Source: Malacoraja senta
Taxonomy: Eukaryota
NCBI GenBank assembly: GCA_038087875.1
Contig: CM075978.1
Span: 146,692,001-146,756,000 of the forward strand
Length of the DNA: 64,000 bases
Direction: 5' to 3'
The position numbers and the translations under genes were made by a program. Every line of letters starts with the position of its first letter. Position 1 is the first letter of the stretch. Positions 11,901-24,350 of this stretch are shown one piece after another. The notes under the pieces were generated by a model. It was given only the letters and a program-made list of their open reading frames with translations. It had not been told where the DNA came from and searched no databases.

Positions 11901-12814
11901 ATAGTTGGTGTCCAGCACAGAGGCAGGGATAGCAGTAGACCTACAAATGAGGACAGAACACCTGGTTTTAGAAAGAGATAGGCTTTAATCCATAGAGAAC
12001 AGACTGAGCCATCTGGAAATTGGCTCAGTGACTTGACAACAGGTTGAAAGCACATTATAACCCAAAGTGAAAATAGGTAATTTGCATCCCATGCCTGCTG
12101 TATCATCTCAAGTGCACTTTCATATCCAATTCCCAAAAGCATTAATTTCCTTATCAATCCCATCGTTATGACTAAACGGCTGAGCATCCACATCCGTCTG
12201 GGGATGACTGAAGAAATGTCTCCTCAAAAATCCACAGGGTTTCTTTTATAATCTAGGGAATTTTGTAATATCAAATACAATTTATCTGTAGTTATCACTA
12301 AAAAACTGTGGTGTGTAAATGGGGATTTATCATGTTTCATCTCACTAATTTATCCATTACTTTTCCTTTACTTTAACTTTATTACCTTCATTTAATCCAT
12401 GACACCCCTCAATTTATATTATGATCTTTGTGTCTTTTACTACAAAGACGCAAAATTTTAACATCGCTGCTATTTTCTTGTCCACTGATAATTTCTCCTG
12501 CCTTGACTAGGGATTTATATTTATTCCTCTTAGAAATGTATATTCACAGCAGATAATGAATTATTTATTTGAATGTTTGCCATTGCTCAGCCGTTTTTAT
12601 ATTTTCTCTCTAATTCCCCAATTTACCCCAAATAATATATCTTCCTATTGAACTTTTTTTTACAAGATTTATGATCCTATTACTCTCAATATAAAATTCT
12701 ATCAGTCTCAAAAGACTTGTTCAATAAAGGGTAACTAGTAAAAAGTGTAACAGAGCATAACACTGGCTTAAAATATCCTGGAAATATTCAGCAGGTCAAG
12801 CAGTGCCTTTAGCG

Positions 12815-13750
12815 TCATATAGTCATAGGGTCATAAAGTTGTACAGCACAGAAAATGGCCATTTGACCTTTCACGTCCATGCTGAGCTTTTTGTCCATCT
12901 ACACTCATTCCATTTGTCCACACTAGGTCTGAGACTTTCTTTGCCTAGCCTCTTTAAATACCTGTATAAACATCTCTTAAGCATAGTGATTGTAGCTGAC
13001 TCCACCATCTACTCGGGCAATAAGTTCCAGATATCAACCACTTGATGTGTAAAAAAACATTTTTCTCATGTCGCCTTTAAAACTCCTTCCTCTCATCTTA
13101 AACCCCTATCCACTTGTTTTAATACCGTTACCATGGGAGAAAGATTTTGACTATCTACACTATCTATGTCTGTAATAATTCAAGTCACCTTGCAACTTTC
13201 TTTGCTCCAGGCAAAACATGCCTAGCCTATCTAATTTCTCCACTTGACAGGAGTCCTCTAACCCAATTAATATCCCGATGAATCTCGGCTGAACTCTCTC
13301 CAGAGGTTAGGTTAATTACAAGGTTCGAACATATAAGGGTGATGAAAATAAAAGCTTTTTGGTACATTGGCCTTCATCAGTCATAGCACTGCGTATAGAA
13401 GTTGGGGCATTATATTACATTTGTAACAGACATGGGTGAGGCCACATTCGGAGTACTGTGTTCAGTGTTGGTCACCCTACTGTAGGAAGGATGCCATTAA
13501 CCCAGCTTGAGTGCACTTTAGGATGTTACTAGACAGCGCCTGAGGTGAGGATTGAACTCGGGTTTCTGTCGCTGTGATGCAGCAGCTCCACCAGCCGTGC
13601 CATGGTGCTGCCTTGTTCAAGAGGTTTGATCTCCTCTGCCTGCGCATGATCCATATCCCTCCATATCCATGGATCTATCTAAAAGCCATTTAAAGGCCAC
13701 TATCGTAACTGCCCCAGCCACCGCTCATGGCTGAGTGTTTCAGGAGAAAC
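12815..13750. mobile_element. Cluster of CR1 fragments on both strands plus a SINE head (13530-13612)
   Basis: CR1 3' end on - (12815-13300). CR1 ORF2 on + 'gtgaggccacattcggagtactgtgttcag' (VRPH.EYCVQ). Confidence 0.7.
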
Positions 13751-14144
13751 CACATTCCCAAGGAACAGTCAGATGGCTAATAAATGCTGGCCTTGCCAGT
13801 GACACCCTAAAAAAGAAGGTATTTTTACACATAATTGCAAGAATAGTGATCTAACTAATGCAACTGCAGACCATTTAAAGTATAATCTTTTCCTCACATC
13901 TCTGCCGGTAATTATATTAATCATTTTGACAATTATTCTGCTTCTTGATTTCTCTGTCTATTGTGACTTTATGTACATCCAGGGTCAAATATTATCATCC
14001 AGAACCATGTCACTGTCTCCTTCCGTGGCCTTGTCAAGTTATCAAAATGAAAACAAAGCACTGAGCAACACCTGGTCAAAGATAAACCTGAATGAAAATT
14101 AACTAGGCCATTCTTCCTTTGTTCTAAGCCTTCTTCAATCTGCT

Positions 14145-14442
14145 TTTGAATTGAATTGAATTGAAAGATACAGCTTTAGTCCACCGAGTCCACACCAACC
14201 CGTTCACATTAGTTCTACCTTATCCCACTCTTTCATCCACTCCCTACACACTGGGGGCAATTTACAGAGGCCAATTAATCTACCAACCCACAAGTCTTTG
14301 GGACTAGGAGGAGATAGGAGGAAACCCAAGTGGTCACAGGGAGAACATGCAAACCCCACACAGACAGCACCGGAGATCTGGATCGAACCCGGGTCTGTGG
14401 TGCTGTGTGGCAACAGTTTCGCTAGCTAGGCCATTGTGTGCT
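14145..14442 (-). mobile_element. HE1-type V-SINE
   Basis: Tail, core 'ccaattaatctac', and B-box complement 'ggatcgaaccc'. Confidence 0.8.
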
Positions 14443-14509
14443 GAAGAAATGTTTCATTGCTTTAATTTTATACATTTGCAGGATATTCAATGACAATGCT
14501 GGTATTTCG

Positions 14510-15250
14510 AGTGACAGAGAGAGTCGGAGAGTCTCAGAAAGATACTGCATGGAAACAGGCCCTTCAGCCCTTTCAGTCTACATCGACAATCGACCGTTCA
14601 CATCGACCGTTCACACCAATTCTACTTTAATCCCATTGTTTTATTTTTCCTACATACTCCTTAACTCTCCCCAGATTCTATCACTCATTTGCACGATAGG
14701 AGCAAATTACAGTGGCCAATAATCTTCCAACTAACATAAATTCATAAATTCATAAGGTCTAGGAGCAGAATTAGGCCATTTGGCCCATCAAGTCTACTTC
14801 ACCATTCAATCATGGCTGATCTATATTTCCCTCTCAAACCCATTCTCCTGCCTTCTCTCCATAACCCCTAACAACCGTACTAATCAAGATTCTGTCAATC
14901 TCCGCCTTAAAAATGTCGTTTGACATGGCCTCCACAACCTTCTGCACAATTCATTCCACAGATTCACCTCTCTCTAACTAAAGAAATTCCTCCTCATCTC
15001 CTTTCTAAAGGTACATCCAATTATTCTGAGGCTATGGCCTCTGGTCCTAGACTCTCCCACTAGTGAAAACATCCTCTCCACATCCACTTTGGAATGTGGG
15101 ATAAAACTAGAGTACTCAGAAAAAAAAAATGCAGTCATTGGGAAAACAAGCAAACTCCACACAGGCAGCACCCAGGATGAGAACTGAAGCCGAGACCCTG
15201 GCACTCTGAAGCAGTGACTATGAATTGTGTCACTGTGCCCAATTGCCCTT
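14510..15250 (-). mobile_element. HE1-type V-SINE split by a CR1 3' fragment (14736-15088, -)
   Basis: The SINE core stops near 14735 and resumes 'ctttggaatgtggg' near 15088. The insert is a CR1 3' end with a (tatgaat) tail. Confidence 0.75.
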
Positions 15251-15659
15251 GCCTTGAGGAAGCGGTAAACAGTTAATTGTGTTGGTGAGTCTGGAGTCAC
15301 AAAGAGACCAGAGTCGGTAAGAGGTTCACATTTCCACAGTGGTAGACCATAATGAAGGCAATGAATCAGTTTTTTAATAAAAATCCATTACTTTGGTGAC
15401 TACCAATACTGAGACTTACTTTTTGTAATTCTCGGATTTGCTTAATTACTCAAATTTAATTTTCACAAGTGGCACGGCGCGATTTAAATTCTTCTCGTTG
15501 AATCAAATTTTTGCTGCTGGTCTAGTAACAACCACTGGGCATCTGTAGTGATTAACAATATTCAAATATTAGTTCTGTGCAAAAAGCAGAGAGAAAGGAT
15601 CATGTGGGAGATACCCAATGACTTTTGATTATAACTTTTTGGTCGTTTGCATGACACAT

Positions 15660-15973
15660 TTAGTTTAGTTTTAGTTTAGAGATACAGCATGGAAACAGGC
15701 CCTTCGGCCCACCGAGTCTGCGCTGACCAGCGATCCTCGCACACTAACTCTATCCTAATTACACTAGGAACAATTTACAATTTTACCAAAGCCAATTAGC
15801 TTACAAACCTGTACTTTGGAGTGTAGGTGGAAACCTGAGCTCCCAAAGAAAACCCATGCAGTTCACGGGGAGAATGTACAAACTACGTACTGACAGCACC
15901 CATAGTCAGGATCAAACCCGGGTCTCTGGTGCTGTAAGGCAGCACCATTACCGCTGTGCCATCGTGCCACCCA
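15660..15973 (-). mobile_element. HE1-type V-SINE, full length
   Basis: Complete reverse-complement match to 61736-62055. Confidence 0.88.
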
Positions 15974-16829
15974 CTTTTTAGGTAAAGAGCATTTAAAATT
16001 CTATCAAGCACATTGTATAAAAAGATTATACTTTTGCTGTGGATTGAGAAACAAAACAAACAGAAAAGCTTTATTAGGTTATAATAAGACTCAGAAGCAC
16101 CAGAGACCACAATGCTTCACCTAGTGTCAAGAATGAAGAAGGTCGGCTACTTTATATTTCATCCAGACTACACACATCATTAACCCAAAGGCAATTCTTC
16201 CATTTGTGGACAATTTCCTTTGGTAGTTCCAGACTGAATATCATTAGTGAAAGGATAAAACAATCTCTGTCTAGGCAAAGGACTGAGTTGATTAAATATT
16301 CAATTTTTCTTTACAGAGGTGCCTCTCTGAGTCATTCCCTCAGGTGGGTCACAGTTTAAAATTCTGGTTGGATAGCAAGGTCTTTGTTTTTTTTTTTAGT
16401 TTTAAAGTAGTACCATATTATCATTAACAACAAGCTTAAGTGATTTCACAATTACCGCTGCTTTAAGATCCAGGAATTACAAAAAAATTGAAATCACTTT
16501 TACAATGTTCTTAATCTTTTCCTGTATATTACCATCAAATACTGTAGTTGTGGGCCAAAATAGTAGTTTTTTTTGGAATATAGGAATGTCATAACATTGG
16601 GAAAATAAAGAGTTTAGAGGACTAATTTCAGACTGATAGCAAGAGATTCCATATTAGCTTGGATAATAACAAACATAGTTGCAATTGCCTAGTCAAGAAC
16701 TGGTTTGCAACTGATACTGCAAGTTAGGGTTGGCTGTACCGTAGCATGGCTTAAGGTAAAAGAATCTTTTCAAAATTTAATTAACGCAAATAATTTCCAC
16801 TGCTAGTTAGTTTAATCATTAATCTTGCT

Positions 16830-16853
16830 CTGTGTGTGTGTGTGTGTGTGTGT
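16830..16853. repeat. (TG)n microsatellite
   Basis: Direct read. Confidence 0.9.
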
Positions 16854-17007
16854 ACATACGTGTGTGTACGTGTACATTGAGGGAAGGGGTGGGTCGTGGG
16901 AGGATTGGATGGTGAGGTCAATTATTTCAATACCGTCTCTTCCCTTTTCCCTCCCTCACAGGATTTCATGGTTCCTGCTGTTATGTCTGAATAATCACTT
17001 AGATTGA

Positions 17008-17330
17008 TGTAGACACAAAATGCTGGAGTAACACAACGGGTCAGGCAGCATCTCTGGAAAAAAGGAATATGTGCCTTTTTGGGTGGAAACCCTTCCTCAG
17101 GCTGGGGAATACTTCTAAAAAGAAAAATTGCTACTTGAATATACGTTCTCCAGCTTCCAGATGAGGTTTGAACTCATATCTCTGGATTTATTCCTTACCC
17201 AGTCTGAGGAAGGGTTTTGACCTAAAACATCACCTATTCCTTTTCCCCAGGGATGCTACCTGACTCACTGTCACTCCAGCATTTTATGTCTATCTACAGT
17301 AAAAACCAGCACCTGCACTTCCTTCATACA
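17008..17330. mobile_element. Two Penelope-derived hammerhead repeats in inverted orientation
   Basis: Minus copy 17008-17103; plus copy 17200-17330 ('agtctgaggaagggttttgacctaaaacatcacc'). Confidence 0.75.
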
Positions 17331-18128
17331 ATAGACAATAGACAATAGGTGCAGGAGTAGGCCATTCGGCCCTTCGAGCCAGCACCACCATTCAATGTGA
17401 TCATGGCTGATCATCCCTAATCAGTACCCCATTCTTGCCTTCTCCCCATATCCCCTGACTCCGCTATCTTTAAGAGTCCTATCTAGCTCTCTCTTGAAAG
17501 TATCCAGAGAACTGAAATTGATGTGTAACTGTGGCCTTTATAACAAGAGGAATCAAAAATAGGAGCAAAGAGGTCCTTCTGCATTTGTACAGAGCCCTAG
17601 TGAGACCACACCTGGTCCCCTAATTTGAGGAAGGACATTCTTGCTATTGAGGGAGTGCAGCGTAGGTTTACAAGGTTAATTCCCGGGATGGCGGGACTGT
17701 CATATGCTGAGAGAATGGAGCAGCTGGGCTTGTACACTCTGGAGTTTAGAAGGATGAGAGGGGAAATCATTGAAGCATATAAGATTGTTAAGGGTTTGGA
17801 CACGCTAGAGCAGGAAACATGTTCCCGATGTTGGGGGAGTCCAGAACCAGGGTCCACAGTTTAAGAACGGAGACGAGGAAACACTTTTTCTCACAGAGAG
17901 TGGTGAGTGTGGAATTCTCTGCCTCAGAGGGCGGTGGAGGCAGGTTCTCTGGATGCTTTCAAGAGAGAGCTAGATAGGGCTCTTAAAAATAGCGGAGTCA
18001 GTGGATATGGGAAGAAGGCAGGAACGGGGTACTGATTGGGGATGATCAGCCATGATCACATTGAATGGCGGTGCTGGCTCGAAGGGCCAAATGGCCTACT
18101 GCACCTATTGTCTATTGTCTATTGTCTA
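17329..18128. mobile_element. Two CR1 3' fragments head-to-head (17329-17511 on -, about 17530-18128 on +) with tails facing outward
   Basis: ORF 17625..17864 (KDILAIEGVQRRFTRLIPGM) is CR1 ORF2. (ATTGTCT)n tails at both outer ends. Confidence 0.85.
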
Positions 18129-19169
18129 CTTTTAATTTCCTGTTCTTCTAACAGATGGTGCAAGGGAAAACATTAGAGTGCATGGCAACCACATGCTAAC
18201 TCCAATTGAAGGCTGTCTGGATTATAGTTAACAATGTCAAAGTGCAGTAAGAATCAAAAACTTCCAATGGCCTTCACATTGAAAAGCTTCAGGACTGCTA
18301 ACTACTGCTGACCAATTCTTCTTCCCTGGATTTGTTTACTGAATTACACTTTGAGACCAAATTGGTTTTATAACTTGAAGAAAATTGTATTTCCACCCAG
18401 TTTTGAAATTTCTCTGAAGCATGATAAGATGATATTGTTGAGATACAAGAGACTGCAGATGCTGAAATCTGGAGTCGTAAAGATACTGCTCAAGGAACTC
18501 AGTGGATCAGGCAGCATCTGTGGTAGGAAATGGGAAGATGAAGATGGGACTCTTCCTCAGTTTGAGGAAGGGTTCTGATCTGAAATGTCGTTGGGCCATT
18601 TCCCCCCACTCTCTTCGCTCCTGATATTTCAGGCTCCAGTGGTCTCCTTCTCATATATTCTCCAGATATATTTCACCAGCTCTTTTGGTCAACTCCCTTT
18701 TGTCATTCAGTCTCTCCTCATCTCCACCCTCTCAAAGATAATTCCTGTTGTTTTCTTCAACCCTTTCCATGAAACTTAAAATGTGTTTCGTTTCTAACAC
18801 CCTCTTTGGGGACTCTGTTTCTCTCTCCACCTAAGTTGCCTGATCTGTTGAGCATTTTCAGCATTTTCCATTTTCACTTCCACTTTCTTGCAGCTGCAGT
18901 ATTTTATTTTTTGCTACCTACTTCCTGAGCATTGCTAATCCTTGTACTCCTGGTGCGACTAACAAGCCATAACTCTCACACATGATTCTCTGCACACTGA
19001 AAATTACATGCCAAGGATCCTTTTAATTATTGTGAGATAAAGAATGTCATCATTCTATTTTTGTTACGTTTGACAATCAGGCACTCTTGACTCTTGATGT
19101 CTATAACTTAATTGGAAATAGAAAATAGTCACTTGTTTTGGGAATAAGATATTAGGATCTTAAAATATT

Positions 19170-19975
19170 AGGCCTTTATTGCAAGAGGGTTAGAGTTTGG
19201 AAACAGGAAAATATTTGTACAGGGAATTGGTTAGACCACACCTTGAGTATAGTGCACAATTTTGATTTCCTTATTTAAGAAAGGATGGATCAGTTCTGGT
19301 GGCAATTTGGAAGAGGTACATTAGGCTAATTCCTGGGATGGCAGGAAAGGCTAAAGAAATTAGATCTACATTCTTAGGAGTTTGGATGTATAAAGGATGA
19401 TCTGATTGAAACAGACGATATATCTAGGAGTTGTGACCAGGTTGATCTCCAGATGAGTTTCCATGAGTGGGAGAATCCCCCAAAAAAGCGATATCGTTCT
19501 AAGATTCGCAAGGTATGAAGGAACTTTGTTTTGCCGTGAATGTTGATCCTTTGGAATTCTCTCCCCTCAGAGAGGCTGGACTTAAAGTAGAAGTAAATAC
19601 ATTTTGAAAGATTCACATAGTGAATAGGTGGGTATATGGAACGAGCTGCCAGAGAAGGTAGCAGAGGCAGGTACCATAACAACATTTGAACAGGTACATG
19701 GATAGGAAAGGTTTTGAGGGATATGGGCCAAATGTACGCAGTTGGGAGTAGTGTAGATGGAGCATCATGGTCAGCATGGACAAGTTGGGCCTAAGGATTT
19801 GTTTTCATGCAGTATGACTCTACGACTATGATCAGGGAATTCAGGGCGATGGGGAACTGGCACAGAAGAGGAGTTGAAGACTGGCAAATCAGCTCAGATC
19901 TTATTGAATGGCAGGACAGACTGGAGGGGTCGTTACCAAGTCCTGCTACTTTTTTTTAAATGTCCCTATGTTTTT
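19170..19975 (+). mobile_element. CR1 fragments (older copy with a nested younger 3' end)
   Basis: 'ggttagaccacaccttgagtat' (VRPHLEY) and CR1 3' UTR motifs. Confidence 0.7.
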
Positions 19976-20177
19976 ATAAGCTTCTGCAGCAAAAAATTAA
20001 ATGTTGCATTAGTTCCCTGCAAATTTGTTAGAATTCATTGGTACTGGCCACAGATACTTTGAATGTTTAGGTAACATCATGTCATCTCACACAGGTCAAT
20101 CAGTGGAACTCCTGTGGAAGGTTCCTGTGTGTTTTTTGCCCACTTAGACCGTGGAGAATCCAGCAACATAGCTTGAT

Positions 20178-20790
20178 GTGTAGGAAGGAACTGTAAATGC
20201 TCATCTACACCAAAGATAGACACAAAATGTTGGAGTTACTCAGCAGGTCAGGCAGCATCTCTGGAGAAAAGGAATAGGTGTGTAGGAAAGAACTGAAGAT
20301 GCTGGTTTAAATCAAAGGTAGACACAAAATGCTGGAGTAACTCAGCGGGACTGGCAGCATCTCTGGAGAGAAGGAATGGGTGACGTTTCTGTTCGAGACC
20401 CGAAACATCACCCATTCCTTCTCTCCAGAGATGCTGCCTGTCCCGCTGAGTTACTCCAGCATTTTGTGTCTACCTTAGAAAAGGAATAGGTTTCGGGTTG
20501 AGACCCTTCTTCAGACTGAGATTCAGGGGAGAGGGAAACTTGAGGTATGAAAAGGTACAGAACAAGCTACATTTCTCTAATTTTAAGCAACCCTTACATT
20601 CCCTGTCTCTCCATTCCTCCCCCACCCTAGTTGCCCTGCTAGTTTCACTGTTCCTATCCCTTTGTTATTACCTCTTCCACAGCCAACAATGGACCATTGT
20701 GGGCTCTTCCTTTCCTTGGTCTCTACCTCTTTGTTCTGTACCTCTAGTTTCCCTCCTCACTGACTCTCAGTTTGACCCACTGAGTTACTC
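20178..20790. mobile_element. Penelope-derived repeat with a self-nested palindromic copy (20280-20476)
   Basis: 15-bp direct repeat agaaaaggaataggt at 20265-20279 and 20477-20491 flanks a 75-bp-arm inverted repeat. Confidence 0.8.
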
Positions 20791-21199
20791 TTGAAAACCC
20801 ACTCATTTGAAGTGCTGGAAATAGTTCAGATAGGTGGAGATAGGCAAGGAGTCCCTAAAGATTCTCACAGGGGTGAGTCTGCTCCTTCGACTTTATATAA
20901 TTTTTATCTCATTGGTTACGTCAATGGAAATAATTACCAATGAGAACAGAAGTACCTCAAAACTAAACAAAACTAAAGAAGGGACAGAACCTTGAATGCA
21001 TTTCTCTTTTCACTTCAGTTGAATGTGAGCAGTGATGGAAGGACCAATGGCTTCCACGTCAATAAGAAATTCAGTCAGAATAAAATGTAATATGATCCAC
21101 CTAAAAACCCAGCATTCAAAATGCAGTCAAGATTTCAAACTCTATTTCTTACATTATTGCTGGTAGAGCACTGAACCAAAACCATTCCACTAATTTCAA

Positions 21200-21630
21200 T
21201 GTTTAAGAAAGAACTGCAGATGCTGGAAAAATCGAAAGTAGACAAAAAATGCCGGAGAAACTCAGCAGATGAGGCGGCATCCATGGAGAGAAGGAATAGG
21301 CGACGTTTTGGGTTGAGACCCTTCTTCAGACTGATGTCGGGGGCGGGGGTGGGAAAAAGAAAGGAAGAGGCGGAGACAGTAGGCTTTGTGGGAGAGCTGG
21401 GAAGGGGAAGGGGGAGGAGAAGGAGGGAGAATCTAAAATTAGAGAAGTCAATGCTGGGGTGTAAACTACCCAAGCAAAATATGAGGTGCTGTCCTCCAAT
21501 TTGCACTGGGCCTCACTCTGGCAGAAAGGTCAGATTGGGAATGGGAGGGGGAGTTGAAGTGCTGAGCTACCGGGAGATTAGGTTGGTTAATACGGACTGA
21601 GCAGAGGACCGGGAGATCAGGTTGGTTAAT
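21200..21630 (-). mobile_element. Penelope-like element 3' end: GIY-YIG C-terminus plus terminal repeat with hammerhead motif
   Basis: LPVAQHFNSPSHSQSDLS (ORF 21466..21687) and QHLIFCLGSLHP..IDFSNF (ORF 21135..21506). Then 'cagtctgaagaagggtctcaacccaaaacgtc' on -. Confidence 0.82.
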
Positions 21631-22636
21631 AAATTTAAATTCTTGTTTATTTGTTCCATCTTTTCCATGAAGTAAATACTGCTCCAACTAACCTGAACTT
21701 GCATTTGCCTTCTCTGTCCCATGGTAACATGATGCTAAATCTTTAAAATGGCACCAGTAACATATTTCTCCTTGGCAACCTTACACCACCATCATTGCTG
21801 ATGATGTCAGTGTCTGATTTCAACTGTCAGATGAATAATTAACACACTGATTGACTTCCAAGTGGTAAAGATATTATTCCTGACAGCTCTCTGCCATATT
21901 ACTGTGCAGCTGTTCACACATAAAACCAAAGATAAACATTATGTGGAAAGTGTCTTCAGATGTTTCCTAATTTAGCAAATAATAAAGATATGCCGATTAA
22001 CACATGTGAAAGTGGTGTTGTTTTCATTTGTGTTACTTTCAGTGTATGATATAATATTTTCACAGCTTTTAGAATTGCAATGGAATATAATTGAAGTAAT
22101 TCGAGCCGGTATGAAGAAAATAGCAATGAAGGAATATGGCATTAAATTTCACTCAAGAATGCCTCTTGTTTGAGCCCAATGGTGCCGAATTGATCCCAAA
22201 ATAGCAAATTATGTGTATTGCAATAGCATGGGCCATGCTGGCCACCATCTTGGTAAGGGCATATTCAGAGAATCCAGATCATGGCATCCAATTTGATGCC
22301 AGAGCTCCCAGTCCAACTTATGCCTCCTCCTAATCTTGCACTGAACAAGCATTGAGCAAGAGGAAGATAAGTGCCACCCACCTCCAAACCCCAACCCAAT
22401 AATATTTAAAGTAAGTTCTTCCCAACTACTATCAGGCTATTGAACATTGTGAACTATTATGGTATCTACTGCGCACTCTGTTTACATACCTGTTGTGCCG
22501 CTGCAAGTAAGAATATAATTGTTCTGTTTTGGGACATATGGCAATAAAACACTCTTGGTTCTTGACTCTTGAAAGGAGGCATTAACTACTTGCAAGTTAG
22601 CAGCTGACTGATCTCCAAGGACTGTTGCTACAATAA

Positions 22637-23190
22637 ATGTGTTCAATTTTGGGCACCATGTTATTGGAAAGATGTTGTCATGCTGGAAAGGGTGCAGACA
22701 AGATTTACGAGGATGTCGCCAAGATTCGAGGGCCTGAGCTAGAGGGAGAGGTTGAGCAGGCTATAAGATTCTATTCCATTGAGTACAGGAGGATGAGGGC
22801 TGATCTTATAGAGGTGTACAAAATCATGAGAGGAATAGATTGTGTAAATGCACAGAATTTCTTGCCCAGCGTAGGGGGGATGGAGAACCAGAAGACATAG
22901 GTTTAAGGTGAGGGGGGAAAGATTTAATAGGAACCTGAGGGGCAACTTTTCTACACAAAGTGTGGTGGGTGTATGGAATGAGCTGCCAAAGGAGGTAGTT
23001 GAGGCAGGTACTATCACAATTTTTAAGAAGCATTTAGACAGGTATATGGACACGTTTAGAGGGATATGGGCCAAATGCAGGCAGGTGGGACTATTGTAGG
23101 TGGGACATGTTGGTCGGTGTAGGCAATTTGGGACGAAGGGCCTGTTTCCATACTGTATGACTCCATGACTCTGTGAGTCTGTGACTCTAA
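22637..23190 (+). mobile_element. CR1 3' end
   Basis: RRMRADLIEVYKIMRGID; RGERFNRNLRGNFSTQSVVGVWNELP; (tatgactc) tail. Confidence 0.88.
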
Positions 23191-23559
23191 GATTTACAAC
23201 TTTCTTCAGACTTTCTAAAATCTACAGTGACGCCAGGTGCTGCAGGATGTACTCTTAACTTCGGAATATTATAAACAAGATGCTTGGTGCAGTACCAAAC
23301 ACTCTCATAGGAACAGGCACTGACTATTTAGTGGCAAGTCAAATTGTCAGGAGAAGAAGAAACAAGAAGGGAAGAAGGCCTCTCAGCAGGAGACCAAATG
23401 CATTCAGGGATTTGTGGGATAATCTCTCCTTAAATTTTAATGCAGAATAGTGTGTGAGGCTCCAGTAACTTGGTTGTCCTCATTGAAGTCTGTCACCTGC
23501 AGCCACAGCTCCTGGAAATGGCCTTCATGGCTACTTCCTCTCACCAGCTTTACTTTAGA

Positions 23560-23842
23560 AATATTTTAGACTTTAGAGATCCAGCGTGAAAACAGGCCCA
23601 CCGAGTCCGTGCTGACCACCAATCATCCTATATACTAACACTATCCTACACAATTTTACTGAAATGAATTAACCTACCAACCTGTACATCTTTGGAGTGA
23701 GGGAGGAAACCAGAGCACCAGAGAAAAACCATTCACTGGGAGTACATACAAACTCTGTGCAGACAGCACCCGTAATCAGGATCGAACCCAGGTCTCTGGT
23801 GCTGTAAGGCGGGTACTGTGCCACTGCGCTACTGTGGTGCCC
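23560..23842 (-). mobile_element. HE1-type V-SINE
   Basis: Family match including B-box complement 'ggatcgaaccc'. Confidence 0.82.
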
Positions 23843-24014
23843 TGTGCCACATTTCAGTCAGGCTGTTTCTCGGGAGAATATGAATAGGCGATGTTTCGGA
23901 CAATCTGAAGAAAGGTCTCGACCCGAAATGTCGCTTATCCATGTTCCCCAGATTCCAGCACTTTGTGTCTTATTGTGTATTAACCACCATCTGCATTTCT
24001 TTGTTCCTAGCTAC

Positions 24015-24350
24015 TTGTTTAGGTTTAAGTTTATTATTGTCATGTACACTGAGGTACAGTGAAAAACTTTGTTTTGCATGCTATCTAAACAGACCAAATA
24101 ATACTACACATAAATGCAATCGTCAAACTAAAGTGCAATTGATGGAGCAAAGGGAAATACAGAGTGCAGAATATCGTTCTCTACATTGTAGTGCAATCAG
24201 TTCCATACACAAAGGCCAATGTCTGCAATGGGATGAAAATGAATCAGACAGTACCCCAGCTTATGGAAAGACCCTTCAGAAGCCTGATAACAGTGTGGAT
24301 GAAGCTGAGTCTGATGGTGCGTGCTTTCAAGCTTCTGTATCTTCTGGAGG
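24015..24350 (-). mobile_element. LINE 3' end, Rex1/Babar- or L2-like (related copies at 6905-7160 -, 48095-48305 +, 51455-51650 -)
   Basis: Shared 'tttattattgtcatgt..aggtacagtgaaaa.ctt..tgcatgctatc' 3' motif and short tandem tail. Clade assignment is tentative. Confidence 0.55.
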
